A stretch of 36,618 nt of DNA from a virus (Duplodnaviria > Heunggongvirae > Uroviricota > Caudoviricetes), in the IMG/VR virus record IMGVR_UViG_2602041909_000007; one strand, given 5' to 3'. The position numbers and the translations under genes were made by a program. Shown here piece by piece: positions 1 to 9,789 of this stretch. Each line of letters opens with the position of its first letter. Within the stretch, counting starts at the first letter, position 1. Below the pieces are notes generated by a model. The model was not told where the DNA came from and did no database searches. It saw only the letters and a program-made list of their open reading frames with translations.

Positions 1-1293
<1,293 letters not shown>

Positions 1294-1313
1294 TATCCAA
1301 CTTTTCTTACTCT

Positions 1314-1337
1314 AAAAAGCGCCTGCGGGCGCTTTAA
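1314..1337. terminator. Stem-loop terminator downstream of serS (stronger T-tract on minus strand)
   Basis: AAAGCGCC-tgcg-GGCGCTTT hairpin; plus strand followed by TTT only, minus strand followed by TTTTT. Confidence 0.5.
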
Positions 1338-1410
1338 GAAGAGGTTTAGCTATTTGAAAATAAATGGATTTTATTTTTAAGTGTCCATATAACGTCCATC
1401 TTTGAATGCA

Positions 1411-1445
1411 AAAAGCCCACAGATTCTATGTTGTGGGCTTTGTTC
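1411..1445. terminator. Bidirectional rho-independent terminator-like hairpin
   Basis: AGCCCACA-gattctatgt-TGTGGGCT stem-loop flanked by A-run upstream and TTTGTTCTT downstream. Confidence 0.5.
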
Positions 1446-1477
1446 TTGGTGTCCTCATGAGTGAGGGAACCAAAAAG

Positions 1478-1506
1478 AAAACCCGCAGTTTTTACGCTGC
1501 GGGTTT
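1478..1506. terminator. Bidirectional rho-independent terminator-like hairpin (likely 3' end of the hok-like transcript on the minus strand)
   Basis: AAACCCGCAG-tttttacg-CTGCGGGTTT stem-loop; minus strand has a long T-run (TTTCTTTTTG) after the stem. Confidence 0.55.
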
Positions 1507-1592
1507 CTGCTTTGGGATGTGTATAGGGTGCCTTATCGACCTTACCCTGGCAACCGATTGACGGGGAAGTTGCCTTCCCCGTCGCGGTTTTC

Positions 1593-1736
1593 TTACTGTC
1601 TACACTGTAAGAACGCCGCAAACTCCGCTCCCCAGAAGCTCATCCGTATCTCGCAGAGCGAACCCCGCAACATCCAGATGATGAGGATTGCCGTCACGCA
1701 CAGTGTGGTGATGGCGATTAGCGATTTTTGCGACAT
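1593..1736 (-). CDS. Hok/Gef-family type I toxin-like small membrane peptide (47 aa)
   Basis: Not in ORF track (<60 aa). My translation: MSQKSLIAITTLCVTAILIIWMLRGSLCEIRMSFWGAEFAAFLQCRQ. One N-terminal TM helix followed by SLCEIR and EFAAF motifs, as in Hok of R1 (…RKSLCEIR…EVAAF…). AGGAG Shine-Dalgarno 9 nt upstream of ATG. Confidence 0.6.
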   Translation of the reverse strand: MSQKSLIAITTLCVTAILIIWMLRGSLCEIRMSFWGAEFAAFLQCRQ

Positions 1737-1839
1737 AGCACTTGCTCCTTTTTCGGAGAGGCGCTAACCTACGACTTGCGAAGGTTGTATGGCTAGGGCC
1801 TCGGGTTAACGTTAAAGTTGACTCGGGGCCTTTCCACAT
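1600..1839 (-). CDS. Mok-like overlapping reading frame (modulator of killing) of the hok-like locus
   Basis: 79-aa ORF in a different frame starting ~100 nt upstream of the hok-like ATG and ending 7 nt past its stop, the characteristic mok/hok overlap geometry; no independent sequence conservation assessed. Confidence 0.35.
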   Translation of the reverse strand: MWKGPESTLTLTRGPSHTTFASRRLAPLRKRSKCYVAKIANRHHHTVRDGNPHHLDVAGFALRDTDELLGSGVCGVLTV

Positions 1840-2403
1840 CCGGCCTTCAGGTATTCCCTCCAGCCATCAGCCGAAAGGCACCCGCGCGAATTCTAGCCTG
1901 GTTTTTTCCCTTGTTTCAATCCGTTGAGGCCTGTCAGTCTTCTGATATAAAATTCCCGACCGCAGACATTATTCAGTCACGCATTTGATACATGCTTCCG
2001 CCGGCGTTCGCGCCGGTTTTTCGTCCTGTTGCTGCATAGATCGTCATGTGCGATCGAGGCGCGGCATTGATCCTTTTTTCAGTTTAATTTCGACTCTCAA
2101 TTTTACGCAGGCCGCGCCGCGTCTGGCTTCGTTGTTTGACGATTTTTCTATGCGATCCTTTCGCGATCGTGTCTTACCCCACGTAAAGCATGAAAACTCT
2201 TTTAATATCATGCGGTTTCGTTGACCCCGCCATTTATGGGATCGTAAAAAACCTCTCTGAAAACTGCAAAAAATTTCAAAACGTGAAATTTCAGATCTTC
2301 GCTTTTCCCTCAGTTGCTGCGCGGGCTGGCGGTCATTTTTGCACGGCAGAAAACTGAAAAAGTGTTTCGACACAAAACCCGCGGGTTGGAGGGGGTAGCG
2401 CGG

Positions 2404-2447
2404 TTTACGTCACCTCACGCTTTACGTCACACCGTTTACGTGGTGTG
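2404..2447. repeat. Three direct repeats TTTACGT(CAC) with a CACACC/GGTGTG inverted repeat; candidate integrase arm-type sites or regulatory repeats at the prophage left junction
   Basis: tttacgtcac at 2404-2413 and 2421-2430, tttacgtggtgtg at 2435-2447, spacing 17 and 14 bp. Confidence 0.3.
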
Positions 2448-2500
2448 CGCATACAGCGCCGGAATGGCACGCAGAACGCATTAATCAGGTGGCGGATATG

Positions 2501-2525
2501 AAAACGCACGACCGGAGCCGTGCGT
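2501..2525 (-). terminator. Rho-independent terminator of the minus-strand late tail operon
   Basis: On minus strand: CGTGCG stem, 8-nt loop, CGCACG stem followed by TTTT; ~40 bp downstream of the last tail gene stop (2565). Confidence 0.5.
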
Positions 2526-2564
2526 TGCGTGATGGGGCGTTTATGGGGGTTTTATGCCCGGTGA

Positions 2565-4262
2565 TCAGGCGATAAGGTCACAGTATTTTTCGCGCAGGCT
2601 CGTAGCCTGTTGGGCGTCTGCAGCAAGTTCGCTGCTGTTTGTTGGTGCGCCGGTGTTGCTGTGGGTGTGGTTTGCAGTGTGTGTGGCCAGCAACTGAACC
2701 AGATCCAGAATATCAATCAACAACGTCAGCAGATTAAGTCCGGATTTTTCCCGTGAGTCACCGCGACCAATAAATACTGTCGGGGCTGTAAACTCCAGAC
2801 CACCGTCCGCTCGGCATGTTCTGCGACCTCCCACGTTTTCAGTAAGGTCGTGTTCAATCGTGGATGTCGCCCCTTTGAGTTTAGTCAGCAAATCCTGCGC
2901 TACCATCTGGATATGCTCACTGGCTGCGATCGCGTAATGACCGGTAGTAAGGTGCTCTATTTGTCCTGCCATTAGCTTGCTGGTTCCCAGAACGCTGGTT
3001 ATATCGTTTGCCTGTACTGTGGTTGTTCTGGTTGTTGTTGTGCGTTCCTCCTGATCGCTGTTAATGGTTCGCCGGGCTGAATGTTCTCTGATTTGCTGGT
3101 CGGTTTCTCTGTGCCAGCTTCCGTCAGCCGTGACGCGCTGAAACACTTCTGCGCGCTGTTGCTGCAGCTGTTCGCCGGGCTTTACATCAGGCAGGTTATG
3201 GCCAGCGGGTAAGATTTGCCTGATAACGGGTTTGTCCGGACGTCCTTCAATGTTGGATATTTCCACGATGGTGCCTGCCGGTGGGTAGGCAAAACATCCC
3301 GCCTCACTGCCAGCCATGGGGACGGGGAGCGGTACTGCCGGGTAAACGGGCGTGTCGCTTTTATCGTTGCCGTTCTCATCAAGCAACTGCACATCGACGG
3401 CGTAGCGTGGGCGGAAACTGTCGGCCACATCGCCCAGGGTAGTTGGCTCCGTTGGCGCAATGACGCGCGCCAGCCGGGTATGTAGCGTACCGCTGGCCAG
3501 TTCCGGGAACTGTGTTTCCATTTGTCTGCGTAATGGTGATTTGGAAACAGGGTTACCCGTGGCGGTAAGGCGCTCCCATGTCAGGGTCATTTTCTCGTTG
3601 TTGAGGGCTACACGGGTAATGCGCCCGGCCGGTAGGTTCACGCCCGGTCGCACAGTTTCCATAAACATGATGTCGATGCTGTTTCCGCCGCTTTGCCCGA
3701 GTGTGTACTGTTGCGGAATATCCGGCATTGTAATACTGGCAAATCGTGAATCAGCTGCGCTTCCCACAAATACAGAACCGTCCGGCATAGGGTGCCAGAC
3801 GTAATCGCTGATACTGAATGCTCGCCCCAGTTGGCTGAGCAGTTGTGCTCCGCTGCCGCTGTGGGTGATGTAGGGAGTTGGTATACTGGCATAATCCGCA
3901 TCCGGAGTGATAAAAACGATACCGCTTTGTCGCCCCAGATTATCGAGTACCCCCCGCAACGTCGGGTGTTGCATGGAGCAAGGGAAATCAAAATCCAGCA
4001 CAGCAGCCGCTTCACGAATAAAAAGGCGACGTGAGCCATTTTCAGCAGGTTGATCGCGCTCAATGTAGCCGGAGAAATAGCGCCATGCTTCACCGTCACG
4101 GCCGAGATCAATTTGTACCATTGCGCCGGCAAGGCTGTGTTCGGGTGACAGATTGTTAACAGAAATGAAGCCACGACCGGCAGCATTCAGGGTAAGAACA
4201 AGGTTTATATCGGCAATTTCCACCCGTTCGCCATTAATAATACAGCGTTGTATTAATTTCAT
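2565..4262 (-). CDS. Putative baseplate central spike/hub protein (gpV/gpD class, extended, 565 aa)
   Basis: Last gene of tail operon; N-terminus (IINGERVEIADINLVLTLNAAGRGF) resembles OB-fold start of P2 gpV/gpD-type proteins as I recall them; C-terminal HTANHTHS (HxH) resembles metal-binding spike tip. Assignment from memory only. Confidence 0.4.
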   Translation of the reverse strand: MKLIQRCIINGERVEIADINLVLTLNAAGRGFISVNNLSPEHSLAGAMVQIDLGRDGEAWRYFSGYIERDQPAENGSRRLFIREAAAVLDFDFPCSMQHPTLRGVLDNLGRQSGIVFITPDADYASIPTPYITHSGSGAQLLSQLGRAFSISDYVWHPMPDGSVFVGSAADSRFASITMPDIPQQYTLGQSGGNSIDIMFMETVRPGVNLPAGRITRVALNNEKMTLTWERLTATGNPVSKSPLRRQMETQFPELASGTLHTRLARVIAPTEPTTLGDVADSFRPRYAVDVQLLDENGNDKSDTPVYPAVPLPVPMAGSEAGCFAYPPAGTIVEISNIEGRPDKPVIRQILPAGHNLPDVKPGEQLQQQRAEVFQRVTADGSWHRETDQQIREHSARRTINSDQEERTTTTRTTTVQANDITSVLGTSKLMAGQIEHLTTGHYAIAASEHIQMVAQDLLTKLKGATSTIEHDLTENVGGRRTCRADGGLEFTAPTVFIGRGDSREKSGLNLLTLLIDILDLVQLLATHTANHTHSNTGAPTNSSELAADAQQATSLREKYCDLIA

Positions 4263-4834
4263 GTTTTCCCTTCCTTTTTCACGCTCCCGATGCCAATCCA
4301 GTCCAGCCCGGAGCCAATACCATCATTGATATTTTTCCAGAAAGTTTCCTGGGTATTCATTCCTTTATCCGGCGTCAGCTCACTGCCGTTCTGTGTCTGC
4401 TGCTTTGCGATTGTTTTCTGTGAGCCACTGCGTGCCGATGCTTTTTCCGGCACGCTTAATTTTTCCCTGAGAGTAAAGGTGACCTGCCAGTGCATTTTCC
4501 CCTGTTGTTCCGTGGCATCAATGCCACCAGAAAATACCCCCTGTCGCATATTGATTGCCTTCGCGGTAGCGTTGGCAATGCGATACGTTTTTTTAGCTCC
4601 GTTACTTTCTGTTGCCTCCGCAAGCTGAAAAATACGGGTCAGAATAGCTTCATCGTTAAAGTCAATAACCCCCGACACGCGCAGCTCTTTAGCCTTGTTT
4701 CCCTGCTGAGCGCTCGTGGTGCTGGTTGACTGTCCGGACATATCTTTATCCGGTAGTTGCATGGTGGCGCTGACGGTGATGTTGCGCAGCAGAATGGCTT
4801 CCCCGTCAAGCGCAAGGACAATCATCTGGGTCAT
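4259..4834 (-). CDS. Hypothetical tail-associated protein (191 aa)
   Basis: ORF translationally coupled (ATGA-type overlap) to downstream spike/hub gene; position analogous to P2 gpU but no recognisable motif. Confidence 0.35.
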   Translation of the reverse strand: MTQMIVLALDGEAILLRNITVSATMQLPDKDMSGQSTSTTSAQQGNKAKELRVSGVIDFNDEAILTRIFQLAEATESNGAKKTYRIANATAKAINMRQGVFSGGIDATEQQGKMHWQVTFTLREKLSVPEKASARSGSQKTIAKQQTQNGSELTPDKGMNTQETFWKNINDGIGSGLDWIGIGSVKKEGKT

Positions 4835-5555
4835 GTAGTGCTTCCCTTAGTGATGAGAGATCATCGCCGACGAACAGCATCACAGCTGTAAAAACCCACT
4901 CGGGGTGTGGGATGTTTTTTTGTATCAGCGCTGCGGCCTGGCTAAGGACTCCCTTGTAGCAAAAGCGCCACACCGGGCAAAATTTTTGCCGGAGTGCGGC
5001 CTGCTGATCAGCGATTTCCTGTAGAGCTTTATCTCTCGCATTCGCGAACTGACGCAGCTCTGATGACAATGTTTCCGGTGATGTGGCAGCAGGAGTAGCT
5101 GCCTGTGCAATGGTTGCAGCCAGCGACATGCTGCGAGTGGTCTGTGTCGACAGCATTATCGGTTCCGGAAGTGATGTTACCGGTCTGGCGGGGATTTGCA
5201 TTCTGCTGATGGTCAGCGAAAGTTGGCTGGAGATCATACGGGACATTCTCCCTATTTCTGGCAACGGAAATGCACCTGAAAATTGTCTGGCAAGCGATAA
5301 AAACTCAGCAACAGACGGGGCGCAGAATAACATCGCCACGACGTCTTTTTGTGTATTTTCTGTCAGATACGGTAAAAGTGCAGACACTGCATTATCCGGA
5401 CTGAGGTAGCGTCCCGATGGTGTGGTATTCCCTGTATTTACTGACCATGGGTGGAAACAAATCATTGAACTGGTGATGTTTATGGGGTGCGGGTGCAGAA
5501 TTGAGACCGCCCAGTCAGGGCGGTTATTTTTATTGTCTTTCAAATGAATATTCAT
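4806..5555 (-). CDS. Hypothetical protein (249 aa), possibly fiber-associated/chaperone
   Basis: ORF in tail operon between second fiber set and tail hub genes; no motif recognised. Confidence 0.35.
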   Translation of the reverse strand: MNIHLKDNKNNRPDWAVSILHPHPINITSSMICFHPWSVNTGNTTPSGRYLSPDNAVSALLPYLTENTQKDVVAMLFCAPSVAEFLSLARQFSGAFPLPEIGRMSRMISSQLSLTISRMQIPARPVTSLPEPIMLSTQTTRSMSLAATIAQAATPAATSPETLSSELRQFANARDKALQEIADQQAALRQKFCPVWRFCYKGVLSQAAALIQKNIPHPEWVFTAVMLFVGDDLSSLREALHDPDDCPCA

Positions 5556-5587
5556 AGGTGTGTGAGATATTGCTGGTACTTGCGCGG

Positions 5588-6646
5588 TTACTGTCGGGAG
5601 GTTGTGGGTTGGTTATATAACTCCGTTGCAAAAATTATCTCTCCTTCAGTAAATGGGATATCTCCGTCAGGCTGTGTCGTAAAACTCTGTGAGACAGTCG
5701 TCCAGCTGTTTGTGTCAGCCTGCACGTCATTCTCTGTAACTGTTTCTCCTTCATGGCTTCCGCTTTTTACACTCCAGGCCAGGCAGTTATTGGGGGCGTC
5801 CGCACTGCGATAAGTGACAGCCGCCATAACTGCGACCAGATCGCCATTGCTGTTATCTACCGCACCAAACGTAACCTGTGCCGCCTCCGGGGACGGTGAG
5901 AGCATCAGGTATCCGGCATCACTGTCAGAGGTGTTCAGTCCCGTGACGATATCTTTATCCAGCGAGTTTTTCGCACTCCCCCCGGTAAATGCGGTTACCG
6001 GGCTGTATCTGACCTCAATAGCCCCAAGCAGGGCGGGTTCCGCGCTGTTATTTTTTCCGTATGCCACTGTTCCACAGTACATATCACCCAGCATTAACGT
6101 GCCGGATGCACCCGATGAAAAAATATTGTCACCACTACCAATACTCACCTGAATTTTGTCAGTCCGGTCATCTGATACATAAAACGATGTATTTCCAGCT
6201 AATGAGCGGTTGCAGTACAGACTGGCTGAGACATAGCCGTTTTCGTTTCGCGTTGCGAAAATTTCATAGTAATAACTGGCTGCTTCATCAGGATACGGGG
6301 TTGTAAATGAATAGCCATTAATCCTGATGTGGGATGGCGAAGATGAATATTTCTTTCCCGCACTTAATGTCAGACGAAATCCCAGCTGTACAGCTGAGGT
6401 CTTTAAGTCCGGGAGTGTGCTGTACAGTGTGACATATGAGGGTGTCGTAAAAATCAGCCCCGTTCTTTCTACAGTATTTACGGCCTGAGTGCCACGACAG
6501 ACGGATGTTACAGAACCGGACATATCATTGATAAGCGTGACACCGTTTTCGTTCAGTGCTGAAATAATATTTGTTGAATAATAGTTCTCGCACAATCCCT
6601 CATTCGCCGGAATTTGTCGGAACCCTTCCAGATTAATAATATTCAA
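5588..6646 (-). CDS. Hypothetical Ser/Thr/Gly-rich protein (352 aa), possible distal receptor-binding part of second fiber
   Basis: ORF immediately downstream of the second fiber-like gene; S/T/G/N-rich composition typical of beta-rich adhesin-like domains; lower GC than flanking tail genes by eye. Confidence 0.35.
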   Translation of the reverse strand: MNIINLEGFRQIPANEGLCENYYSTNIISALNENGVTLINDMSGSVTSVCRGTQAVNTVERTGLIFTTPSYVTLYSTLPDLKTSAVQLGFRLTLSAGKKYSSSPSHIRINGYSFTTPYPDEAASYYYEIFATRNENGYVSASLYCNRSLAGNTSFYVSDDRTDKIQVSIGSGDNIFSSGASGTLMLGDMYCGTVAYGKNNSAEPALLGAIEVRYSPVTAFTGGSAKNSLDKDIVTGLNTSDSDAGYLMLSPSPEAAQVTFGAVDNSNGDLVAVMAAVTYRSADAPNNCLAWSVKSGSHEGETVTENDVQADTNSWTTVSQSFTTQPDGDIPFTEGEIIFATELYNQPTTSRQ

Positions 6647-6670
6647 AATATTCCCCTTATTTAGTTTCTA

Positions 6671-7528
6671 TTAAGCAGCAGATAAAACCGCAAACTGCAG
6701 TACTGCCCGAGCTACTGTCAGTGGCTCATTGGTTTGATATGCTGGTACAAATAAGCCCCTGTTAACTGTTACCGGCTCGCTCATCAGACGTCCGGTTTGT
6801 AATTGTATGTTGTTAATGGTTATCGGTTCGTGGATGGTGCGCCCTGACTGAACAAATTTTCTATTAATTGTTAAAGGCCCCCTTGTCTGTTCCCCGGACT
6901 GAAGCAGTACTCTGCTGATTTGCAAAGCGGGCTTTGGTGTTTCCGGTGGGAGGGCAGGTTTTTCCTGAGGAGCCATTGCCTCAGCTATCAACATTCGTAC
7001 AAATCTGGCATTAACAATCTCAAGACCCGCTGCATCATTTGGTGGTGTTGGAGTGGTTGGCGCTCCGGAAAACGACGGGCTTTCCAGAGGAGCCTTGTTA
7101 TTTAATTCAGAAAAAAAATCTACCTGCCAGCTTTGTGGCGGAGTAGTAATATGAGCGATTTGTGGCAGTCCGCTAAAAATGATGGCGAAATTCCGGATGA
7201 TAGTTTCTCCTGTGTGTTTATGTCGAACAGGACCACTTATAACTCCGCACAATGTGTTACTGGCTTGATGAACCAGGCAAATCCAGTCGTAGTTGAAATT
7301 TTCGTTATCAGCAACAATGGCACTACACACAATGCTGTTTTGATCCAGTTTTCCATAATGTAGGTTATTTACCCTGTGCGTGATTTTTTCAGGAGGAATA
7401 ATCGTATCATCTCTGGAAGGCTCTCTCTCCATCAGTGCAAAAACAATAGCGTCAGGGCGTGCCGGTAAATTACTGGCGGTGCATTCAGCAACCCATTTCT
7501 CAAATGCTTTCGTCAACAGTGCGCTCAT
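6671..7528 (-). CDS. Second tail-fiber-like protein: paralog of fiber N-terminal (baseplate attachment) domain plus C-terminal tandem repeats (285 aa)
   Basis: N-terminal ~150 aa align with N-terminus of the 566-aa fiber (shared E.W.A, PARPD..VF, F.Y.WI.L, IRNF, WQVDF); C-terminus has ~14-aa tandem repeats (LQSGEQTRGPLTIN / VQSGRTIHEPITIN / LQTGRLMSEPVTVN). Confidence 0.55.
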   Translation of the reverse strand: MSALLTKAFEKWVAECTASNLPARPDAIVFALMEREPSRDDTIIPPEKITHRVNNLHYGKLDQNSIVCSAIVADNENFNYDWICLVHQASNTLCGVISGPVRHKHTGETIIRNFAIIFSGLPQIAHITTPPQSWQVDFFSELNNKAPLESPSFSGAPTTPTPPNDAAGLEIVNARFVRMLIAEAMAPQEKPALPPETPKPALQISRVLLQSGEQTRGPLTINRKFVQSGRTIHEPITINNIQLQTGRLMSEPVTVNRGLFVPAYQTNEPLTVARAVLQFAVLSAA

Positions 7529-7534
7529 TACTTC

Positions 7535-8086
7535 TTAATTCTCGCTAATGTTCTGCGGTAATTCTGGCCATACAATCGCGGCATACGATGCTTTATCTGT
7601 AACCTGGCTGAATGTCATCTCCCGTAACGTTTTTGTATAAATACGGCAGGCTTTCAGTTTTTCCCTGTCTTCGTCGCTGATTAATCCCAGCAGCAGGTCT
7701 TTTTCCCATTCGCTGGTCATGATGCTGACCTGTTTTAACAGTGCATCACGCTCATCTTCCGCTTTAAGTTTGTAGTCGAAGATAAAATTGCCATCGCGGT
7801 AAAACCAGTAACCAGGCACGGTAATACGGCGATTAGCGGTAATATCCGGAACTTCAATAACACTGGCATTACGGGGTTCAATGCCTGTCACATCCTTACC
7901 GACCCACACCACGCGCCCGTCCCCGGTGTAAACCATTTTTATTGTGTCGCTGGCAAAGTTCTTCTGTTCTTCATGCCAGTTTTTGTCGTCTTCCGAAAAA
8001 AGCCAGGTGACACCATATTGTTTTGTCATCTGATATTGTTCTGCGGTTTTCGGATTGCCCGCAGTAATATTTTTTAAATGCAACAT
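7535..8086 (-). CDS. G: Tail fiber assembly protein (P2 gpG/Tfa family)
   Basis: Starts MLHLKNITAGNPKTAEQYQMTK..., strongly reminiscent of P2 gpG ([22 protein letters not shown]...); located directly downstream of fiber gene. Confidence 0.85.
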   Translation of the reverse strand: MLHLKNITAGNPKTAEQYQMTKQYGVTWLFSEDDKNWHEEQKNFASDTIKMVYTGDGRVVWVGKDVTGIEPRNASVIEVPDITANRRITVPGYWFYRDGNFIFDYKLKAEDERDALLKQVSIMTSEWEKDLLLGLISDEDREKLKACRIYTKTLREMTFSQVTDKASYAAIVWPELPQNISEN

Positions 8087-8088
8087 TG

Positions 8089-9789
8089 TTAAACACTCGT
8101 CACGTTATACCAGGTGCCGTTAATCAGTTTCTGAAGCGGTCGGTAATACACGCCGCCGATGTTATCTGCCGAATTACTTCCGGTTTCCTGCACATTAATA
8201 CCAGATAATCCATGGCCTGAAGGTGAGCGAAATGTCCAGGATATCTGGTTACCTCCCGGGTTGTAATACATTTCGGAACCATAACGCACATCCTGCACGC
8301 CGCCTGTTTTGGTCTGGTAACGGGCATCAAAGTTTCCGTAGTCTGACGGTGTTACCCGCCCGGTAACGTTTACAGGTTTATTGCTCTGAATGCTGCCACT
8401 CTGAAAACGCAACACATGCACGCTATTGGCATAAACATCCAGCAGGCCATCACCATTCTGTTTCAGGCCGGTATCGTTATCCCCGAAAGCAATTGAGTTT
8501 CCGCCCAGCGCGTTCTGAACGCCGATACCCAGCGCACCATTCACCTGAGAGCCGCCACCAACAGACACTTTATGCGACATGGATATTTCACCCGTCCGCA
8601 GATTAATAGTGAACGGACGCAGGGGACCAATATCGCCATTTTCGCCCTGATTTTCCCGGGTGGGAATAAGATGCAGGCACTCTTCAGAGCGACGAAAAAT
8701 CAGGCCAAAAGCTTCGTTGAAAATCCTCAGTGCATTAACACCACGGACTTTCAGCTCCCCGGTCATGGTGTCGCCGTCGCGCTCAACAGCGTCTTTTGCT
8801 TTATCCATTGCAGCTTTTACTGCCTTTGATGTGGCGGCGCGGTCTTCTGCGTCGCTGTCGGTGGAGTTGCTGTACTGCGCAAAGCCTTTCTCCTTCAGTG
8901 TTGCATCCGGATGATGGCGGGATTTTTCGTGCTCTGCCAGTGCATTGCTCTGTTCCTCGTCGGGTGTCTCCGGGCGCAGGTCCTGTGGGCCGTCTCCTGT
9001 CATTTTTGCAAGTGGCGCGACAAAGTGTCGGAAGCCGTTACCGTCTGTATAAGACGCATGTTCCTGGCGGGCGCAGAACGTAAAAACGGTATTCCATTCG
9101 CCGGTAACAAATCCCTGCCAGCTTGCATCAATCCAGAGGGTATCCCCGACCGCAGCCGGCAGGCTGTAAGGTTTGCGCAGACTGACGCGCAGACCTCCCA
9201 CATAACCCACGCCGGCGGCAACAGTAGCGGTACCATCCTGATAGCTGACCTGAAAACCATCCCCCAGAAAAGCGGCTTCACCGTAGTGATCAAACGCCAG
9301 CAGCCGGCGGGCCTCATCCATTCCTGCAAGGCGCGCAGTGAAATCAATCTGCCAGACATCGGCGCTGACATCGATATGCATTGCTGCGGCCGCGCCGTCA
9401 AACTCCATGGAAAATGTGCGGATCAGGTTGTTTCCCTGCACGCCGTTCGCTGTTTTAATTTTTTGCTGACGAGGTGTGTGTGCAATCATGCAGAGCACGC
9501 CGCTTTCTTCGTTCAGCAGACCGATCCAGTTGTATTCGAAGTCGCCGACTGTCGTGTCCAGAATGATGGAAAACGCGGTCGCGTTCGGCGACAGGAGGCC
9601 GTACTGGGTGACCGGCGCACGATACTGAATCATGGATTCATCAGGGAGTATCTCATCGCGGGGGATCTCTGCGGATTCATCCTGTCCCGGAATATATCCA
9701 AAAACAAATGTATCCGGGCGCGCAGGTTTTCCACTGATGAGCTGATTCGCACACCAGTGTTCGTACTGTTCAGTAATAATTGTGCTCAT
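8089..9789 (-). CDS. Tail fiber protein (566 aa) with P2 gpH/T4 gp37-like C-terminal receptor-binding region
   Basis: Position between gpI-like and Tfa; contains phage tail fibre repeat-like segment (KAAMDKAKDAVERDGDTMTGEL) and Gly-rich C-terminal region; N-terminal domain shared with 6671..7528 product. Confidence 0.85.
   Translation of the reverse strand: MSTIITEQYEHWCANQLISGKPARPDTFVFGYIPGQDESAEIPRDEILPDESMIQYRAPVTQYGLLSPNATAFSIILDTTVGDFEYNWIGLLNEESGVLCMIAHTPRQQKIKTANGVQGNNLIRTFSMEFDGAAAAMHIDVSADVWQIDFTARLAGMDEARRLLAFDHYGEAAFLGDGFQVSYQDGTATVAAGVGYVGGLRVSLRKPYSLPAAVGDTLWIDASWQGFVTGEWNTVFTFCARQEHASYTDGNGFRHFVAPLAKMTGDGPQDLRPETPDEEQSNALAEHEKSRHHPDATLKEKGFAQYSNSTDSDAEDRAATSKAVKAAMDKAKDAVERDGDTMTGELKVRGVNALRIFNEAFGLIFRRSEECLHLIPTRENQGENGDIGPLRPFTINLRTGEISMSHKVSVGGGSQVNGALGIGVQNALGGNSIAFGDNDTGLKQNGDGLLDVYANSVHVLRFQSGSIQSNKPVNVTGRVTPSDYGNFDARYQTKTGGVQDVRYGSEMYYNPGGNQISWTFRSPSGHGLSGINVQETGSNSADNIGGVYYRPLQKLINGTWYNVTSV

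Noticed and set aside
1561-1582. Hairpin ACGGGGAAG-ttgc-CTTCCCCGT as a standalone intrinsic terminator
   Set aside because: No T-tract follows on either strand; more consistent with a 3' stabilising structure of the hok-like mRNA.
1985-2373. ORFs 1985..2224 (+) and 2044..2373 (-) in the junction region
   Set aside because: Overlapping, no SD, highly basic low-complexity translations; region looks non-coding (AT-rich promoter-like and repeats).
4806-9789. Possible invertible host-range segment (Mu G / P1 C type) or diversity-generating retroelement acting on the duplicated fiber genes
   Set aside because: No serine invertase (Gin/Cin/Hin-like) or reverse transcriptase ORF anywhere in the window, and both fiber genes are on the same strand.
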